Source: Nitrosotalea sp.
GTDB taxonomy: Bacteria; Methylomirabilota; Methylomirabilia; Rokubacteriales; CSP1-6
DNA: 64,000 nucleotides
Assembly: GCA_035519555.1 (NCBI GenBank)
Contig: DATIWG010000096.1
Span: 18,794-82,793 of the forward strand
Reading direction: 5' to 3'
Part shown: piece by piece, positions 49,446 through 58,074 of the stretch
How the letters are laid out: each line of letters begins with the position of its first letter
How positions within the stretch are numbered: the first letter of the stretch is position 1
Made by a program: the position numbers and the translations under genes
Notes under the pieces: generated by a model
What the model was told of the DNA's origin: nothing
The model's input: only the letters and a program-made list of their open reading frames with translations
Databases searched by the model: none

Positions 49446-50308
49446 GGAGCGGGCGCGGGAGTGCGACCGCCGAAGAACGCGAGGATGCGTCGGAGGGTGG
49501 CCCGCAGCTCCCGCCGCTCCACGACCAGGTCGATCTGGCCGTGCTCGAGCAGGAACTCAGAGCGCTGGAACCCCTCGGGAAGCGGCTGCCGGATCGTCTC
49601 CGCGATGACCCGCGGGCCCGCGAAGCCGATGAGGGCCCGCGGCTCGGCCAGGATGAGGTCGCCGAGCATCGCGAAGCTGGCGGTCACGCCACCGGTGGTG
49701 GGATCCGTGAGCAGCGAGATGTAGGGCACGCGCTCGGCGTCGAGACGCTGCAGCGCGGCCGACGTCTTGGCCATCTGCATGAGGGAGAGGATGCCTTCCT
49801 GCATGCGGGCGCCGCCCGAGGCGGAGACGATCAGCAGCGGCATGCGCTTCTGGAGCGCGAGCTCGATCGTGCGGGTGAGCTTCTCTCCGACCACGGAGGC
49901 CATGCTGCCGCCGAGGAATGCGAACTCGAAGACGGCGAGGGCGACCGGATACCCGCCGATACGCGCGGTTCCGGTGACCACCGCCTCACCGGTGTCGGTC
50001 TTGCCACGGGCGGCCTTGAGACGGTCGGTGTAGCGCTTGGTGTCCTTGAACGAGAGCGGGTCCTTCGACCGGAGCCCGGACTCCCGCTCCTCGAACGAGC
50101 CCTCGTCGGTCAGCGACGCGATGCGCTCGCGCGCCGAGATCCGGAACGGGTAGCCGCACTTGGGACAGACGCGGCCGGCGCGATCGACCTCGGCCCGGTA
50201 GACGATCTCCTTGCAGGAGTCGCACTTGACCCACAGGCCCTCGGCGATCACCACCTTCTTCCGCGGCTCGCCGTCCTCGTCCTTCTTCTTCCAGAACCAC
50301 GCAGCCAT
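49442..50308 (-). CDS. accD: acetyl-CoA carboxylase carboxyltransferase beta subunit
   Basis: Zn ribbon CDSCKEIVYRAEVDRAGRVCPKCGY and the carboxyltransferase core FAFLGGSMA. Confidence 0.9.
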   Translation of the reverse strand: MAAWFWKKKDEDGEPRKKVVIAEGLWVKCDSCKEIVYRAEVDRAGRVCPKCGYPFRISARERIASLTDEGSFEERESGLRSKDPLSFKDTKRYTDRLKAARGKTDTGEAVVTGTARIGGYPVALAVFEFAFLGGSMASVVGEKLTRTIELALQKRMPLLIVSASGGARMQEGILSLMQMAKTSAALQRLDAERVPYISLLTDPTTGGVTASFAMLGDLILAEPRALIGFAGPRVIAETIRQPLPEGFQRSEFLLEHGQIDLVVERRELRATLRRILAFFGGRTPAPAP

Positions 50309-50362
50309 TGTCTGACTATCTCATGCGTGGGCCGCCCGCTGGGGGCGGACACTCGGGTCCGC

Positions 50363-50408
50363 GGCTCTGTTCAATGCGGGGGCCCGGAAATGGCCCCCGC
50401 ACTGCCCC
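50363..50408. repeat. 46-nt GC-hairpin repeat, inverted-orientation copy
   Basis: The reverse complement differs from the 31099-31144 copy at a single position (GGGGCAG vs GGGGGAG). It lies in the trpA-accD spacer. Confidence 0.85.
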
Positions 50409-50433
50409 AGCCGCGGACGGGCCGCGAGGGCAC

Positions 50434-51267
50434 TCACGGCGCGGCCTTCAGGGGGGCCTTCAGGGCGGCGATGAAGTCGCCGACACGCGCGAGCAGCTCG
50501 GGGGAGCCCCCGTGCTGCTCGATGAGCCGCACGATGGCCGAGCCTACGATGACCCCGTCGGCGACCCGCCCGACCTCCGTCGCCTGGGCCGGCGTGGAGA
50601 TGCCGAAGCCGACGCAGACCGGCTTGGTGGTGATCGCCCGCAGGGCACGCAGCTGCTGGGAGAGCTCGGGGGCCAGCGCCGCACGCTCCCCGGTGATCCC
50701 GGTCAGCGAGACCATGTAGATGAAGCCCTGACTCGCGCGGGCGATCTTGCGCATGCGCTCGCTCGTGGACGTCGGCGCGACGAGATGGATGAGGTCGAGG
50801 CCGGCCGGCGCGGCCTCGGCGCGCAGCGGCTCCGACTCCTCCGGTGGGAGGTCGGCGACGATGACGCCGTCGATGCCCGCCTCGACCGCGGTCCGGCAGA
50901 AGGCCTTGAGGCCGAAGGCGAGGATCGGGTTGTAGTAGGTCAGGAAGACGAGCGGCACCGAGACCTCCCCCCGCATCTCCCTCACCATCTCGAGCACCCG
51001 CGGCAGCGTCACTCCCGCGGCGAGCGCGCGCTGGGTGGCCCGCTGGATCACGGGCCCGTCCGCGAGCGGATCCGAGAAGGGGATGCCCAGCTCGATGACG
51101 TCGGCCCCGCGCCGGGCCGCCTCCATCACCAGCTTCCGGGTCATCGCGAGGGATGGGTCGCCGGCCGTGAAGTAGGGCACCAGCGCGCGCTCGCGGCGCG
51201 CGCGGAGGGCGGCGAATGCCGCGTCGAGGCGGGAGGGCGTGCGCCGGACCGGCGCGGGCGTGCTCAC
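50434..51267 (-). CDS. trpA: tryptophan synthase alpha chain
   Basis: [11 protein letters not shown]..., [20 protein letters not shown] 51267 overlaps the trpB stop. Confidence 0.9.
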   Translation of the reverse strand: MSTPAPVRRTPSRLDAAFAALRARRERALVPYFTAGDPSLAMTRKLVMEAARRGADVIELGIPFSDPLADGPVIQRATQRALAAGVTLPRVLEMVREMRGEVSVPLVFLTYYNPILAFGLKAFCRTAVEAGIDGVIVADLPPEESEPLRAEAAPAGLDLIHLVAPTSTSERMRKIARASQGFIYMVSLTGITGERAALAPELSQQLRALRAITTKPVCVGFGISTPAQATEVGRVADGVIVGSAIVRLIEQHGGSPELLARVGDFIAALKAPLKAAP

Positions 51268-52535
51268 GGCCGCCCACCCGGGCGGTAGCTGCTGCCGTGA
51301 CCGTTGCCGCCGTGGCCGTTCGCCGGCTGATCGCCGAGGGCCTGCCCCACCGTATGCACGTCCTTGTCGCCCCGCCCGGAGAGCCCGATGACCACGATCT
51401 GCGATTTCTTCATGCGCGCGGCTGCCCGCATCGCGTACGCGACCGCGTGCGAGGATTCGAGCGCGGGCATGATGCCCTCGAGCCGGGTCAGGGCCTGGAA
51501 GCCCTCCAGGGCCTCTTGGTCGGTCACCGAGACGTACTCGAAGCGCCCCGCGTCCTTGTAGTAGGAGTGCTCGGGCCCGACGCCCGGGTAGTCCAGGCCG
51601 GCCGAGATCGAGTGCGCCTCCGCCACCTGCCCGTCATCGTTCTGCAGCACGTAGCTCATGCTTCCGTGCAGCACGCCGACCGCCCCGGAGCCGAGCGAGG
51701 CGCCGTGCTTGCCGCTCTTGATGCCGTGGCCGCCCGGCTCGACGCCCACGATGCGCACGCGGCGGTCGTCGATGAAGGCCCAGAAGAGCCCGATCGCGTT
51801 CGAGCCGCCGCCCACACAGGCCACCACCAGATCCGGCAGCCGCCCGGTCAGCTTGCGGGACTGGCGGCGCGTCTCCTCGCCGATCACCCGCTGGAAGTCC
51901 CGCACCATCATCGGATACGGGTGCGGGCCCATCACCGACCCGAGGAGATAGTAGGTGGTGCGCACGTTGGTCACCCAGTCGCGCAGCGCCTCGTTGACCG
52001 CGTCCTTGAGGGTCTTGGAACCGCTCTCCACGGGGATCACGCGGGCGCCGAGGAGCCGCATGCGGAAGACGTTGAGTGCCTGCCGCTCGACGTCCACGCT
52101 CCCCATGTACACCTCGCACTGAAGGCCCAGCAGAGCCGCCGCGGTGGCCGAGGCCACCCCGTGCTGGCCCGCGCCGGTCTCCGCGATCACCCGGGACTTG
52201 CCCATGCGCTGGGCGAGCAGGGCCTGCCCGAGCACGTTGTTGATCTTGTGGGCGCCGGTGTGGCAGAGATCCTCTCGCTTGAGATAGATGCGCGCGCCGC
52301 CCACGTGCCGGGTGAGGCGCTCGGCGAAGTAGAGCGGGGTGGGCCGGCCCGCGTAGGAGGCCAGCAGCCCGTTCAGCCGCCGGCGGAAGCCCGCGTCCGC
52401 CCGCGCCGCCCGATAGGCCGCCTCCAGATCCACCAGCGGCTGCATGAGGGTCTCGGGCACGAAGCGGCCGCCGAAGCGGCCGAAGTGACCGCTCGCGTCC
52501 GGGAGCGACGCGGGCCGCACGCGCGCCCGGCTCAC
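51264..52535 (-). CDS. trpB: tryptophan synthase beta chain
   Basis: [18 protein letters not shown] lysine HTGAHKINN, and [11 protein letters not shown] 52535 overlaps the trpF stop. Confidence 0.9.
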   Translation of the reverse strand: MSRARVRPASLPDASGHFGRFGGRFVPETLMQPLVDLEAAYRAARADAGFRRRLNGLLASYAGRPTPLYFAERLTRHVGGARIYLKREDLCHTGAHKINNVLGQALLAQRMGKSRVIAETGAGQHGVASATAAALLGLQCEVYMGSVDVERQALNVFRMRLLGARVIPVESGSKTLKDAVNEALRDWVTNVRTTYYLLGSVMGPHPYPMMVRDFQRVIGEETRRQSRKLTGRLPDLVVACVGGGSNAIGLFWAFIDDRRVRIVGVEPGGHGIKSGKHGASLGSGAVGVLHGSMSYVLQNDDGQVAEAHSISAGLDYPGVGPEHSYYKDAGRFEYVSVTDQEALEGFQALTRLEGIMPALESSHAVAYAMRAAARMKKSQIVVIGLSGRGDKDVHTVGQALGDQPANGHGGNGHGSSYRPGGRP

Positions 52536-53152
52536 ACCGTCGCCTCCGCCGCCCGCGCCGCGGCCACGAAGCGCCGCACGCGCGTCTCGTCCTTGCGACC
52601 CGGGTGGGCCTCGACTCCGGAGTTCACGTCCACGCCATAGGGTCGCACGCGACGCACCGCTCCCGCGACATTCTCGGGCGTCAGGCCCGCCGAGAGCAGC
52701 ACCGGGTAGCGGCGGGCCGCCTCCGCGGCCACGTCCCAGGGGATCGGCGGGCGCGTCTCGCCCTCGCTCCACCGCGACGGGGAGTCGAGCAGGAACGCGG
52801 CGACCCGATAGCCGGCCATGCGGGCGAGGTCCTCCACTCCCGCCACCTTGAGCGTCTTGATCACGGGCAGTCGGTACTCCTGCAGGTCCTCGGGCGACTC
52901 GTCGCCGTGGAACTGCAGGGCGCCGAGTCGGCACTGCTCGGCCACCGCCTTGACGTGGCCGGGGGCGTGATCCCAGAACACGCCAACCGGGGTCACGAAG
53001 GGCGGCAGGGTCGCGACGATGCGGGCCGCCGCGTCCGGGGTCACGTAGCGCGGCGTCCCCTCGACGAAGATGAAGCCGAGGGCGTCGGCGCCGGCCTCCA
53101 CGCAGAGCCGCGCGTCGTCCGCATTGGTGATGCCGCAGATCTTGATCTTCAT
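52532..53152 (-). CDS. trpF: phosphoribosylanthranilate isomerase
   Basis: [12 protein letters not shown]......GADALGFIF, a typical TrpF. Confidence 0.85.
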   Translation of the reverse strand: MKIKICGITNADDARLCVEAGADALGFIFVEGTPRYVTPDAAARIVATLPPFVTPVGVFWDHAPGHVKAVAEQCRLGALQFHGDESPEDLQEYRLPVIKTLKVAGVEDLARMAGYRVAAFLLDSPSRWSEGETRPPIPWDVAAEAARRYPVLLSAGLTPENVAGAVRRVRPYGVDVNSGVEAHPGRKDETRVRRFVAAARAAEATV

Positions 53153-53934
53153 CGTAGCGACAGCTCGCGCACCTTGGCCGTGACGTCGTCGGCCCGGAGG
53201 AGCGTCTCCCCGACCAGCACCGCGTGGGCCCCCGCGGCCACCACCCGGGCCACGTCCGTGCCGCTCGCGAGGCCGCTCTCGCTCACCGCCAGGTGCCCCG
53301 GCGGGATCTGGGGCAGCAGGGCGAGCGATGGCTCGAGGCTCGTCCGGAGGGTCTGCAGATCCCGGTTGTTGACACCGATCACCGGCGGATCCACCCGCAG
53401 CGCGCGGTCGAGCTCGGCCGCGGTGTGCACCTCGACCAGGGGGGCGAGCCCCACCCCCTTGGCGGCCGCGAGCAGATCGCGCAGCGCCTCGTCGTCGAGG
53501 GCGGCCACGATCAGCAGGGCCGCGTCGGCCCCCGCCGCGCGCGCCTCCCAGAGCTGGTACTCGTCGACGATGAACTCCTTGCGGAGCACCGGCACCGGCA
53601 CCGCCGCGCGCACCGCGATCAGATCGTCGAGGCTGCCGTGGAAGTACTTCGCGTCGGTCAGCACCGAGACCGCGGCCGCCCCGGCCCCGGCGTAGATCGT
53701 CGCCTGAGCCACCGGATCGAGATCGGCGCGAAAGAGTCCCCGGGAGGGTGAGCCGCGCTTGACCTCCGCGATCAGGCGCACCCGTTCCGCGGCGGGGGGT
53801 CGGAGGGCCGCCGCGAAATCCCGGGCGGGGGCGAGCCCGCGGCAGGCCGCCACCAGCGCCGCCAGCGGGCGCTCGGCCTTGTCCGCGGCCAGCTCGGAGC
53901 GCTTGTGGGCAACGATCTCATCCAGGACGCCCAT
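53149..53934 (-). CDS. trpC: indole-3-glycerol-phosphate synthase
   Basis: [23 protein letters not shown], and GVNNRDL. Confidence 0.9.
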   Translation of the reverse strand: MGVLDEIVAHKRSELAADKAERPLAALVAACRGLAPARDFAAALRPPAAERVRLIAEVKRGSPSRGLFRADLDPVAQATIYAGAGAAAVSVLTDAKYFHGSLDDLIAVRAAVPVPVLRKEFIVDEYQLWEARAAGADAALLIVAALDDEALRDLLAAAKGVGLAPLVEVHTAAELDRALRVDPPVIGVNNRDLQTLRTSLEPSLALLPQIPPGHLAVSESGLASGTDVARVVAAGAHAVLVGETLLRADDVTAKVRELSLR

Positions 53935-53938
53935 GCGG

Positions 53939-55156
53939 CTAGTAGTCGCCGCGCAGCCCGCGCCCCCGCTCCGGCGTGATGTCGATGCGCGCCATCTGCT
54001 CCATCACGTACTCGCGCAGCATGCGCGGCGGCGGCAGGTCGCGCACCAGGCGCCCGCCCGCGATGAGCGGCTTGAGCAGTGCCTCCGCGGGGCGCCCGTC
54101 GGGGCCGACCGGCGCGGGCGCGGAAGCGGGCAACACCACGTTCTGGAGCGTGCCCGGGAAGCGCCAGACCTGTTTGGCGCCCGAGCGTTTGCCGCGCTTG
54201 GCCATCGGCTCGCCCTCGATCTCCATGATGTCGAGCGCGAAGGAGAGGACGGGCGCGTTGGCGATCGAGGTGCCGACCCCGTAGCCGTCCACGAGCGGGT
54301 TCAGCTTGAGGATCTCGTACTCGTCGATGCCGCCGGAGGCGAGGATCTTCACGTGCTCGAACCCGCGCAGGTCGAGCTCCCAGCGCACTTCCTCGAGGAT
54401 CTTGTAGAAGTCGCCCCGGCGCGACGACGGGGTGTCGAGGCGCACCGCGTACAGGTCGCGGCCGAGGGCGCGGGCGACGCGGATCGCCTCGAACTTCTCG
54501 TCCTGGAGGGTGTCGATGAGGGCGACCCGCCGCACTTTGGGATCGATCACCTCGTGGAAAGCCTTCAGCGCCTCCACCGTGTCGCCGAAGAGCAGCACGA
54601 GCGCGTGCGGGATCGTGCCGGTCGGATCGGCGTCGATCAGCTCGGCGGACTTGGTGACCGCAACGCCGTCGCAGCCGCCCACGAACGCATTGCGCTCGAT
54701 CATCGGGGCCAATGCCGGGTGCATGCGTCGCGCGCCGAACGAGATGACCTGACGCTCGCCCGCGGCGCGCTTGCAGCGGGCGGCCTTGGTGGCGATGCCG
54801 GAGGCCTGACAGAGGAAGCCGAGCAGCGCCGTCTCGTACTTGGCCCACTCGGGGTAGATGCCTTCGATGACGAGCACCGTATCCTCGGGGCCGAACAGCG
54901 TCCCCTCGTCCATGGCCGAGGCGTCGACCGGGAGGCCCTCGAGCAGCGCCGCCGCCTCCTCGATGCCGGCCAGCACGCCGAAGGTCCAGTCGGGCTGCGG
55001 GAAGCTCTTGAGCCGGATCTCGGCCTTGACCCGCTTGTTGAGGCCCTTGGCGTGGAGGATCTCGACGGTGCGATCGAAGTAGACGTCGGAGACTTCGCCC
55101 GCTTTGATCTCGGGCTCGGAAGCGATGTGGAAGGCGCGCTTGGGCTGGCTCTTCAT
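53939..55156 (-). CDS. pncB: nicotinate phosphoribosyltransferase (short, archaeal/Thermus-like type)
   Basis: SDVYFDRTVEIL..., GARRMHPA, and LRLDTPSSRRGD fit the type II PRTase fold. ATG 55156 is preferred; the track start at 55195 lies upstream of the putative promoter's -10 element. Confidence 0.7.
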   Translation of the reverse strand: MKSQPKRAFHIASEPEIKAGEVSDVYFDRTVEILHAKGLNKRVKAEIRLKSFPQPDWTFGVLAGIEEAAALLEGLPVDASAMDEGTLFGPEDTVLVIEGIYPEWAKYETALLGFLCQASGIATKAARCKRAAGERQVISFGARRMHPALAPMIERNAFVGGCDGVAVTKSAELIDADPTGTIPHALVLLFGDTVEALKAFHEVIDPKVRRVALIDTLQDEKFEAIRVARALGRDLYAVRLDTPSSRRGDFYKILEEVRWELDLRGFEHVKILASGGIDEYEILKLNPLVDGYGVGTSIANAPVLSFALDIMEIEGEPMAKRGKRSGAKQVWRFPGTLQNVVLPASAPAPVGPDGRPAEALLKPLIAGGRLVRDLPPPRMLREYVMEQMARIDITPERGRGLRGDY

Positions 55157-55197
55157 AGGGGTGCCGACACCTCCCGGCCCGGAAATAAAGTGCACGG

Positions 55198-55226
55198 ATT
55201 GTCCCAGAAAGCCCGGGGGAAGTCAA
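55198..55226 (-). promoter_or_regulatory. putative promoter TTGACT-17-GACAAT ahead of pncB-trp string
   Basis: Hexamers read on the minus strand, with GGAGG about 13 nt before ATG 55156. The -10 element is weak. Confidence 0.2.
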
Positions 55227-55287
55227 TCAATGGCGACACCGCGGCGGCGTCCAAGGTAGCGCCCTACAACGAGTTTTGCCGTCAGAA

Positions 55288-56151
55288 CTACAGGCGCAGC
55301 TCCTTCAGGTACTCACGAAAGGCGTCCGACAGGTCGGGCCGGGCCAGCGCAAACTCCACCGTGGCCTTGAGGAAGCCGAGCTTCTCGCCCGTGTCGTGGC
55401 GCTTGCCCTCGAACTCGACGGCGTAGATGGGCCGCCGCCCGCGGAGGACGCGCAGGGCGTTGGTGAGCTGGATCTCGCCCCGTGAGTCCGGCATGGTCTC
55501 CTCGAGGATCGGAAAGAGATCGGGGGTGAGCACGTACCGGCCGATGATGGCGAGATCCGACGGCGCGTCGCGCGGATCCGGCTTCTCCACGAGGTCCAAG
55601 ACCTCGTAGACGTTGGCGCCGAGGCCGCGCGCGGCGATGACGCCGTAGCGCCCGATCTCCGCGCGCGGCATGCGCATGACGGCCAGGACGGGCCCGCCGT
55701 GGCGCTCGAACACGTCGAGGAGCTGCCGCATGCACGGCACGCGCGAGACGATGATGTCGTCGCCCAGGAAGACGCCGAACGGCTCGTCGCCCACGAGCGG
55801 GCGAGCGCAGAGGATGGCGTGGCCGAGGCCGAGCGGCTCCTTCTGGCGCACGTAGGACACGGACGCCAGCTCGGAGATGGTCTTGATCTGGGTCAGCTCT
55901 TCCATCTTCCCGCGGTCCTGCAGGTAGTACTCGAGCTCGAAGGACGCGTCGAAGTGGTCCTCGATCGCGCGCTTGTTGCGCCCGGTCACGAGGATGATCT
56001 CCTCGAGCCCGGAGGCGACGGCCTCCTCCACCACGTACTGGATGGTGGGCTTGTCCACCAGCGGCAGCATCTCCTTCGGCTGCGCCTTGGTGGCGGGCAG
56101 GAAGCGCGTGCCGAGTCCGGCCGCGGGAAACACCGCCTTCCTGACGCTCAT
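55288..56151 (-). CDS. galU: UTP--glucose-1-phosphate uridylyltransferase
   Basis: KAVFPAAGLGTRFLPATKAQPKEMLPLVDKP and VEKP motifs. It is the last 287 codons of ORF 55288-56328. Confidence 0.9.
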   Translation of the reverse strand: MSVRKAVFPAAGLGTRFLPATKAQPKEMLPLVDKPTIQYVVEEAVASGLEEIILVTGRNKRAIEDHFDASFELEYYLQDRGKMEELTQIKTISELASVSYVRQKEPLGLGHAILCARPLVGDEPFGVFLGDDIIVSRVPCMRQLLDVFERHGGPVLAVMRMPRAEIGRYGVIAARGLGANVYEVLDLVEKPDPRDAPSDLAIIGRYVLTPDLFPILEETMPDSRGEIQLTNALRVLRGRRPIYAVEFEGKRHDTGEKLGFLKATVEFALARPDLSDAFREYLKELRL

Positions 56152-56191
56152 GCCCTGACCATACACGAGGCACTCCGCAAAGGGAACGGGC

Positions 56192-57589
56192 TCAGGCGGG
56201 CGGCGGCTCGTCGTCCGGCGCGCGGACCTGGATGCCCAGCTTCTTGATCCGGTACCAGAGGCTCCGCTCCGAAATGCCCAGGACCGTGGCCGCGCGGGCC
56301 TGGACTCCGTGCGTCCGCTGCAGGGCATCGAGGATCATCCGGCGCTCCCATCCCTCGAGGGCCTCGTCGAGCGATCCGGTCAGGGTCGGGACGGGCGCGG
56401 TCTCGGCGGCGGGCCGCGCCTGAGCCGCGCGCTGGATCGCGGGCGGCAGGTGCTCGGGACCGATCACGCCGTCGGAGAGCACCATCGCGCCCTCGAGCAC
56501 GTGCTGGAGCTCGCGCACGTTGCCCGGCCACGCGTAGGTCCACAGGCAGCGCAGCGCCTCCGGCGAGATGGTGGCGGGCGTGCGATTGAGGCGCTGGGCC
56601 GCCCGAGCGAGGAGGTGGGTGGCCAGCAGCGGCAGATCGTCGATGCGCTCGCGCAGGGGCGGCAGGTGTATGCCCACGCCCTGGAGCCGGTAGAACAGAT
56701 CCTGACGGAACGTCTCCTGCCCCACCGCCGCATCGAGGTCGCGGTGGGTGGCCGCGATCACCCGCACGTCCACGGTGATCGTGCGCGTGCCGCCCACCCG
56801 CTCGAACTCGCGCTCCTGCAGCACGCGCAGGATCTTGGCCTGCATCGTCAGCGGCATGTCCCCGATCTCGTCCAGGAACAGCGTGCCCTCCTTGGCCAGC
56901 TCGAAGCGTCCCGGGCGGGCGCGCACCGCGCCGGTGAACGCGCCCCGCTCGTGGCCGAAGAGCTCGGACTCGAGCAGGCCTTCCGGGATCGCGGCGCAGT
57001 TGACCGGTACGAAGGGCCCGTCCTTCCGCGCGCTCAGGCGGTGGATCGCGCGGGCCAGCACCTCCTTGCCGGTGCCGCTCTCGCCCTGGATCAGCACGGT
57101 CAGGTCCGTGGGGGCCGCGCGATGGGCCATCTCCACCACGCGCTTGAGCGCCTCGCTCTGGCCGATCAGGCCCTCCAGCCCGCTCGGCTGGCTGTCCCGT
57201 AGCGCCTTGACCTGCTTCTGCAGGTGGCGCCGATCGAGCGCGCGCGAGACCACGACCTGGAACTCGTCCATCTTCAGCGGCTTGGTGAAGAAGTCGTAGG
57301 CCCCGCGCGTGATCGCGTCCATCGCGGTCTCGCGAGTGCCGTGCGCGGTCATCACGATGATCGGCGTGTCCGGCGCCAGCTCCCGGCACTTCGGGATCGC
57401 GTCGAGACCGTCCATGTCCGGCAGCCGGACGTCGAGGAGGATCAGGTCGTACGGAGTCGCCTTGAGTCGATCGAGGAGGCCGCCCGCGGTGGGCGAGACG
57501 TCGACGTCGTAGCGCTGCCGGCGCAGCGCCTCGCGGAGCACGAAGGCGAGGTCCTCGTCGTCCTCCGTGATGACGATGCGCTCGGCCAT
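56192..57589 (-). CDS. sigma54-dependent response regulator (REC + AAA+ enhancer-binding + Fis-type HTH)
   Basis: REC domain with [11 protein letters not shown], Walker [15 protein letters not shown], and a C-terminal [24 protein letters not shown]. Confidence 0.85.
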   Translation of the reverse strand: MAERIVITEDDEDLAFVLREALRRQRYDVDVSPTAGGLLDRLKATPYDLILLDVRLPDMDGLDAIPKCRELAPDTPIIVMTAHGTRETAMDAITRGAYDFFTKPLKMDEFQVVVSRALDRRHLQKQVKALRDSQPSGLEGLIGQSEALKRVVEMAHRAAPTDLTVLIQGESGTGKEVLARAIHRLSARKDGPFVPVNCAAIPEGLLESELFGHERGAFTGAVRARPGRFELAKEGTLFLDEIGDMPLTMQAKILRVLQEREFERVGGTRTITVDVRVIAATHRDLDAAVGQETFRQDLFYRLQGVGIHLPPLRERIDDLPLLATHLLARAAQRLNRTPATISPEALRCLWTYAWPGNVRELQHVLEGAMVLSDGVIGPEHLPPAIQRAAQARPAAETAPVPTLTGSLDEALEGWERRMILDALQRTHGVQARAATVLGISERSLWYRIKKLGIQVRAPDDEPPPA

Positions 57590-57602
57590 GCGCGCGCCCG
57601 CG

Positions 57603-58013
57603 TCAGAAGATCCGGCGGGTGCCGAGCTGAGGGTCGAAGCTCCGGCCCAGCCAGATCGGGACCGGGACCGCGGTGCTGTAGCCCCAGATCGTCAGCGGCC
57701 AGGTCCGATAGGTCAAGCTGAGCGTCGCGCGGACCAGGCCGCCCTCGGCGGAGACCTTCAGACTCTGGGGATCCAGCTCGAGCCCGGCCCGCCGCGTGCC
57801 GACCACGATGCCGGTCCGGAAGTCGGCGATGAAGTCCGAGGAGAAGAGCTCGCCCGGGTTCCTGGCCCGCTGCTTCTCCGCCGCGTCGCGAAACGCGGTC
57901 TCCGCCACGTCGTTCGCCTGGAAGTACGACGACACGGTCTGCATGCCGTTGTAGCCCACCCAGATGAAGACGGCCGCCCAGAAACACACAAGGAGCAGCG
58001 GGCGCACGCGCAT
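57603..58013 (-). CDS. hypothetical small bitopic membrane protein (136 aa)
   Basis: Single N-terminal TM (LLLVCFWAAVFIWVGY), then a soluble domain. No motif recognised. It ends 13 nt upstream of the sigma54 activator. Confidence 0.45.
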   Translation of the reverse strand: MRVRPLLLVCFWAAVFIWVGYNGMQTVSSYFQANDVAETAFRDAAEKQRARNPGELFSSDFIADFRTGIVVGTRRAGLELDPQSLKVSAEGGLVRATLSLTYRTWPLTIWGYSTAVPVPIWLGRSFDPQLGTRRIF

Positions 58014-58019
58014 AGTTTC

Positions 58020-58049
58020 AGTGTAGACGTTTCCCCGCAGCGGCGGCAA
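58020..58049 (-). promoter_or_regulatory. putative promoter TTGCCG-18-TACACT, 6 nt upstream of ATG 58013
   Basis: Read on the minus strand. No SD sequence is present. Confidence 0.2.
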
Positions 58050-58058
58050 CTTCCGTTG

Positions 58059-58067
58059 TGCTAGGCT
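58059..58067 (+). promoter_or_regulatory. extended -10-like box TGCTAGGCT, 7 nt upstream of cyclase GTG
   Basis: gtTGcTAGGCTgggctcgGTG. Confidence 0.25.
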
Positions 58068-58074
58068 GGGCTCG

